Assembly: GCA_964646375.1 (NCBI GenBank)
Contig: CAZYEF010000002.1
Location: 1 to 49,846, forward strand
Direction: 5' to 3'
Length of the DNA stretch: 49,846 bases
Source of the DNA: an uncultured Nitrospiraceae bacterium
GTDB lineage: Bacteria > Nitrospirota > UBA9217
Below the pieces are notes generated by a model. The model ran no database searches. It was given only the letters and a program-made list of their open reading frames with translations, and was not told the origin of the DNA. This document shows positions 46,193 to 49,846 of this stretch, piece after piece (position 1 is the first letter of the stretch; each line of letters begins with the position of its first letter). The translations under genes and the position numbers were made by a program.

Positions 46193-46228
46193 GGAAACCA
46201 TCGGAAGGTGCATGGCGTGGTTTTTTAT

Positions 46229-46263
46229 AAAAAAATGCCTTCTATCTTTTGGATAGAAGGCAT
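46229..46263 (-). terminator. Rho-independent terminator after tctA
   Basis: On the minus strand: ATGCCTTCTATC caaaa GATAGAAGGCAT (a 12-bp perfect stem, 46263-46235) followed by TTTTTT. Confidence 0.8.
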
Positions 46264-46368
46264 TGTAATGTGAAATAAGGGAACACCCAGGGCCGGGTAA
46301 AACCTGGGAATTCACGATATTTCACGTGATGTACAGCATTAAGGAAGCAAGATGAATCTTAAAAATTT

Positions 46369-47880
46369 TTAGGCGGCCTTGTTTCCAGCCAGGGTGGCAC
46401 GAAGCTTGTCCCATCCAAACGAGAACGCCGGCCAGAAGAGCAAAAGCAATCCCAGAACCATGATTGTTCCGACCAGGGAGTTTGAGGAGAAAATGCCCAA
46501 ATCACCCTGAGATCCCATCATGGCCTGACGGAATGCGGCTTCGGCACGGTCTCCAAGAACAAGGGCCAGAACCAGCGGCGCTAGTGGATAATCTAGTTTT
46601 TTGAAGACATATCCAATGACGCCGAACACAAGCATAAACCAGATATCAAGCATGGCACCATGAACGGAGTAGGCTCCGATAGCACATACAACGACGATGA
46701 CCGGCGCAATGATTGAAAACGGTATGCGCAGGATTGCCGCGAACAACGGCACGGTGGAAAGGACGATGATCAGTCCGACAATGTTTGACAGATACATGCT
46801 GGCGATCAGGCCCCAGACGAAATCCTTTTGCTCAATGAATAGAAGCGGACCAGGCTGCAGTCCCCAGATCATAAGTCCACCCAAAAGAACTGCGGCGGTT
46901 GCCGACCCGGGAATACCGAGCGCCATCATGGGCAGGAGAGCGGCGCATCCGGAACCGTGTGCGGCGGTTTCGGGAGCCAGGAGTCCCTCAGGATGTCCGG
47001 TACCGAACTTTTCCGGAGTTTTTGAGAAACGTTTGGCCACGCCGTAACCCATGAACGACGCTGACGTTGCTCCGCCGGGAGTGACCCCCATCCAGCAGCC
47101 GATGACTGAACTGCGCAGCAGAGTCAGCCAGTACTTAGGCAGTGTTTTCCATGTTTGCCATACGATTTTTGGGTTGATTTTAGCGCTTTTCCCTTCGAAC
47201 TTGAGTCCTTCCTCCATGCTGATCAGAATTTCTCCGATACCGAACAGACCGATGACCGCGATCAAGAAATCAACTCCGCGCAAAAGTTCCGACCAGCCGA
47301 AAGTCAGACGAAGCTGGCCGCTGACAGTATCCATGCCTATCGCAGCAAGAGAAAAGCCGATCATAAGCGCGATGATGGTTTTGAAGGTATCCTTACCCGT
47401 TCCGATAAAGCTGCAGAAGGTGAGCAGATAAACGGCAAAAAATTCAGGAGGTCCGAATTTGAGGGCGAAATTTGCGACCAGCGGAGCCAGAAAGGTGATG
47501 ACCGCGATAGAAAAGAAGGCTCCGACGAATGATCCGGTGAAACACATGGTGAGGGCCTCGCCAGCTCTGCCCTGCTGGGCCATCGGGTAACCGTCGAATG
47601 TTGTCGCGACCGAATGCGACTCACCGGGAATGTTAAACAGAACCGAGGTTATGGCACCGGCGAACAACGATCCCCAGTATATGCACGACAGCATGACGAT
47701 TGCTGTTACAGGCGGCATGGTGAACGTGAGCGGCAGCAGAATGGCAACTCCGTTTGGTCCTCCCAGGCCGGGCAGTACGCCGACAATGACTCCTAGAATA
47801 AGTCCGAGCGCCATCATGGCTAGATTATAGCCGGTAAATATGACTGAAAAACCGTGGAGCAGTGAGAGCAGATCTTCCAC
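46369..47880 (-). CDS. tctA: Tripartite tricarboxylate transporter large permease TctA
   Basis: The 503-aa product is highly hydrophobic, with GVLPGLGGPNGVAILLPLTF and GSFVGAF blocks typical of TctA. It sits in a tctCBA gene order. Confidence 0.9.
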   Translation of the reverse strand: MEDLLSLLHGFSVIFTGYNLAMMALGLILGVIVGVLPGLGGPNGVAILLPLTFTMPPVTAIVMLSCIYWGSLFAGAITSVLFNIPGESHSVATTFDGYPMAQQGRAGEALTMCFTGSFVGAFFSIAVITFLAPLVANFALKFGPPEFFAVYLLTFCSFIGTGKDTFKTIIALMIGFSLAAIGMDTVSGQLRLTFGWSELLRGVDFLIAVIGLFGIGEILISMEEGLKFEGKSAKINPKIVWQTWKTLPKYWLTLLRSSVIGCWMGVTPGGATSASFMGYGVAKRFSKTPEKFGTGHPEGLLAPETAAHGSGCAALLPMMALGIPGSATAAVLLGGLMIWGLQPGPLLFIEQKDFVWGLIASMYLSNIVGLIIVLSTVPLFAAILRIPFSIIAPVIVVVCAIGAYSVHGAMLDIWFMLVFGVIGYVFKKLDYPLAPLVLALVLGDRAEAAFRQAMMGSQGDLGIFSSNSLVGTIMVLGLLLLFWPAFSFGWDKLRATLAGNKAA

Positions 47881-47921
47881 TTGTTAATCCTCCTAAGCAG
47901 TAATGCCTCGATTTAAACAGC

Positions 47922-48428
47922 TCAGTAGCCGAACAGAGCTTCCAGTGGCCCTTTTGGTAACGGCACGCCGAATTGTACTTCAAACGCATAAAACAATGTT
48001 GCGCTTACAATTACGCTGACCAGGATGATTTTCAGCCAGTGAAACTTTCCAACAAATTTCATAAATCCCCCGATGAAAAGGGTGGATGCAACATAAATAC
48101 CGATAAACTGGGTGAGAAGCACATATATTGTTGTAGGTATAAGTACCTGGAGCACCTGTTTAAACTGTTCCAACGAGACAAATGTCGCGTGACTGCGATG
48201 TTCCTTTAAAAACGCTTTGACAAAGATTACTATGCTAGACACCGCAATAATTGCACCGAGTCGGAAGGGGAAGTATCCCGTCTCCGGTCCGTCCGGAGCC
48301 CATCCCATCCCGACATTATAGCTGTCATACATTATTACAAGGCCGACAATGAAGAGACTGGCTGCTGTGAATGCTTCCATGTGCCAGTGTGTCACACCGC
48401 CGGAAGCCTGTGTTTGTTTCTCCTCCAT
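47922..48428 (-). CDS. tctB: Tripartite tricarboxylate transporter small permease TctB
   Basis: It is a 168-aa four-TM protein lying between tctC and tctA. Confidence 0.78.
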   Translation of the reverse strand: MEEKQTQASGGVTHWHMEAFTAASLFIVGLVIMYDSYNVGMGWAPDGPETGYFPFRLGAIIAVSSIVIFVKAFLKEHRSHATFVSLEQFKQVLQVLIPTTIYVLLTQFIGIYVASTLFIGGFMKFVGKFHWLKIILVSVIVSATLFYAFEVQFGVPLPKGPLEALFGY

Positions 48429-48511
48429 GCATTACCTCCCATTGATGGATATGCACCGGACAGGGGGATCTGCTGAAATTGCAGCACCCGCCTGTCCGGC
48501 ATCAATCCTAC

Positions 48512-49537
48512 TTACTTCTTCATGCTTAATCCGGATTCCTTCATAAGCTTCTGATGGAACGCTTCATCTTTAGCCAGGAAATCGGTAAAGTCTTTGCCTG
48601 TCACGAACATCGTAGCAAGTGCATTCTGTTCACAGTAATCTTTCCACTCCTTGGTGGCGACCACTTTCTTGAGCACGTTGGTATAGTACGCAACCTGTTC
48701 CGCAGTGGTGCCGGAGGGCAGGAAGAAGGCACGCAGCATCTGATACGTCACATCGAGGCCCTGTGATTTACAGGTTGGAATTTCGGACCAAGAGAGGTTT
48801 TGGGCCACTTTCTTTTTATAGGCCATTTTGTGATCCGATAATACGCACAAAGCGCGTACTTGGTTTGCGCGCCACTGGGCGAAATTTTCGCTGGGGTTGT
48901 TGACGTTGGAATCGGTATGTTTTCCTACGAGCTGGGTTGCAGCCTCACCGCCGCTCTTGTAGGGGATGTACACGAATTTTGTTCCTGCGGCTTTGTCTAT
49001 TGCGAGGGTAATGATATGGTCTTCACGTTTTGACCCGGTACCACCCATTTTGAAGGTTGAGGGAGGTGCCGCTTTTACGGCTTTCAGATAATCCTGTGTT
49101 GTCTTATAAGGAGATTCCGAATTGACCCACAGCAGAAACACATCCTGGGCGATCATAGCCACCGGATTGAGGTCTCTCCAGTTGAACGGCAGATTCACAG
49201 CTTCCGGCAGGGTGAAAATAGCGGAGAATGCCACCATGAGCTTGTGAGCATTGCCTTTGGAGTCCTTGGTGTCCATGATTCCTTCCGCACCGCTCGCGCC
49301 ACCCTTGTTCAGGATGAGCAAAGGCTGATCCATATATTTGTACTTCACAATGATGCCCTGAATAACGCGTGCCATCTGATCAGACGCTCCGCCTGCTCCA
49401 GCCGGTACGATCACTTCCACCGGTTTTGTGGGTTTCCATTGTGCGTACGCGGGTACGGCTACTGCGGTAACGAGAACTACTACTGCGAGCAACAGCAACA
49501 CTTTGTGCAACAACTTCATTATCTGCTGATTCATCAT
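48512..49537 (-). CDS. tctC: Tripartite tricarboxylate transporter substrate-binding protein TctC (Bug family)
   Basis: It has a signal peptide, then KPVEVIVPAGAGGASDQMARV and GG.GSKREDHI patterns of Bug/TctC binding proteins. GAAGGAGG SD is present. Confidence 0.88.
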   Translation of the reverse strand: MMNQQIMKLLHKVLLLLAVVVLVTAVAVPAYAQWKPTKPVEVIVPAGAGGASDQMARVIQGIIVKYKYMDQPLLILNKGGASGAEGIMDTKDSKGNAHKLMVAFSAIFTLPEAVNLPFNWRDLNPVAMIAQDVFLLWVNSESPYKTTQDYLKAVKAAPPSTFKMGGTGSKREDHIITLAIDKAAGTKFVYIPYKSGGEAATQLVGKHTDSNVNNPSENFAQWRANQVRALCVLSDHKMAYKKKVAQNLSWSEIPTCKSQGLDVTYQMLRAFFLPSGTTAEQVAYYTNVLKKVVATKEWKDYCEQNALATMFVTGKDFTDFLAKDEAFHQKLMKESGLSMKK

Positions 49538-49708
49538 TGCCTCCTTCAGTTATAGTTGATTACTTCACCGCTGTTCCCTTCAATTGGATCCGTTGCATCA
49601 TCGCTGCTCTTTTCAGGCGGATGAGTGCATCTTCATTACCTCCTTTTCTTTATGTTGGTCAGAGAATATCAAGAATTTGCTTTAACAGCCGATGTTCACA
49701 TTTTTTTA

Positions 49709-49736
49709 ACTATACATATACTGATTTCAAAGTCAA
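49709..49736 (-). promoter_or_regulatory. Sigma70-like promoter for tctCBA
   Basis: On the minus strand: TTGACT (49736-49731), a 16-nt spacer, then TATAGT (49714-49709). This leaves a ~165-nt leader. Confidence 0.4.
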
Positions 49737-49846
49737 GAGCACTCCAAAAGCCGATAAGACTATTGTCGTATAATATTGCAGTAATTAAACTGCCTTTTGA
49801 TTTTCGAGGCTGTTGATGATGCCGGTTTCGATTTCATTAGCCCCGC

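Noticed and set aside
49785-49846. Possible 3' end of a minus-strand gene at the window edge (...GANEIETGIINSLENQKAV*)
   Set aside because: Only 20 codons are visible, which is too short to tell a real C-terminus from chance. I left it uncalled.

Overview
This 49.8 kb window is chromosomal DNA from a Gram-negative bacterium. The gene content (rubredoxin, small ferredoxin, Tct transporter, L-Ara4N lipid A pathway) suggests an anaerobe, possibly Desulfobacterota-like, but that assignment is low confidence. I found no rRNA, tRNA, CRISPR array, transposase or integrase.

Layout:
- 1-13 kb, + strand: housekeeping genes. These are a secreted HCD-motif protein, rubredoxin, ferredoxin, a histidine kinase, an FRG-domain protein, REC-like/PilZ, mutL, rhodanese, miaA, hfq, mtnP, a PfkB kinase, a Pro/Gln-rich protein, a TPR lipoprotein and rodZ.
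- 13-26 kb, - strand: a Mut7-C nuclease-like gene, copA, gcvT and mtnA. A complete L-Ara4N lipid A modification operon follows, ordered arnT, flippase-like, arnB, arnC, split arnA, arnD.
- 26-41 kb, - strand: a dense phosphate-starvation block. It holds pstSCAB-phoU and an atypical signalling cassette (REC-HK hybrid, CBS-HK, two stand-alone receivers). It also holds a kinase-like gene broken by an in-frame TAA, and a psiE / small ORF / GH1 / PHP phosphoesterase / GT21 glycosyltransferase / OlsF-like acyltransferase operon.
- 41-50 kb: a polyprenol/DAG-kinase-family gene, a secreted coiled-coil protein, an orphan pair (aromatic-rich 119-aa protein plus N-terminally extended radical SAM enzyme) with long non-coding DNA (570 bp) upstream, a class V aminotransferase, and tctCBA.

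The strongest self-derived signal is an array of heptamers (nnnTAAY) phased exactly 11 bp apart. It sits 10 nt upstream of a -10-like hexamer at five promoters: pstS, the REC-HK gene, the PHP gene, psiE and the kinase-family gene. I read these as Pho boxes that tie the block together.

The best candidates for undescribed biology are:
1. The Pho-linked lipid-remodelling operon, with its unexpected GH1 and PHP members.
2. The signalling cassette, which has no DNA-binding output domain.
3. The radical SAM two-gene module.

All family assignments come from reading motifs by eye. No database search was run.
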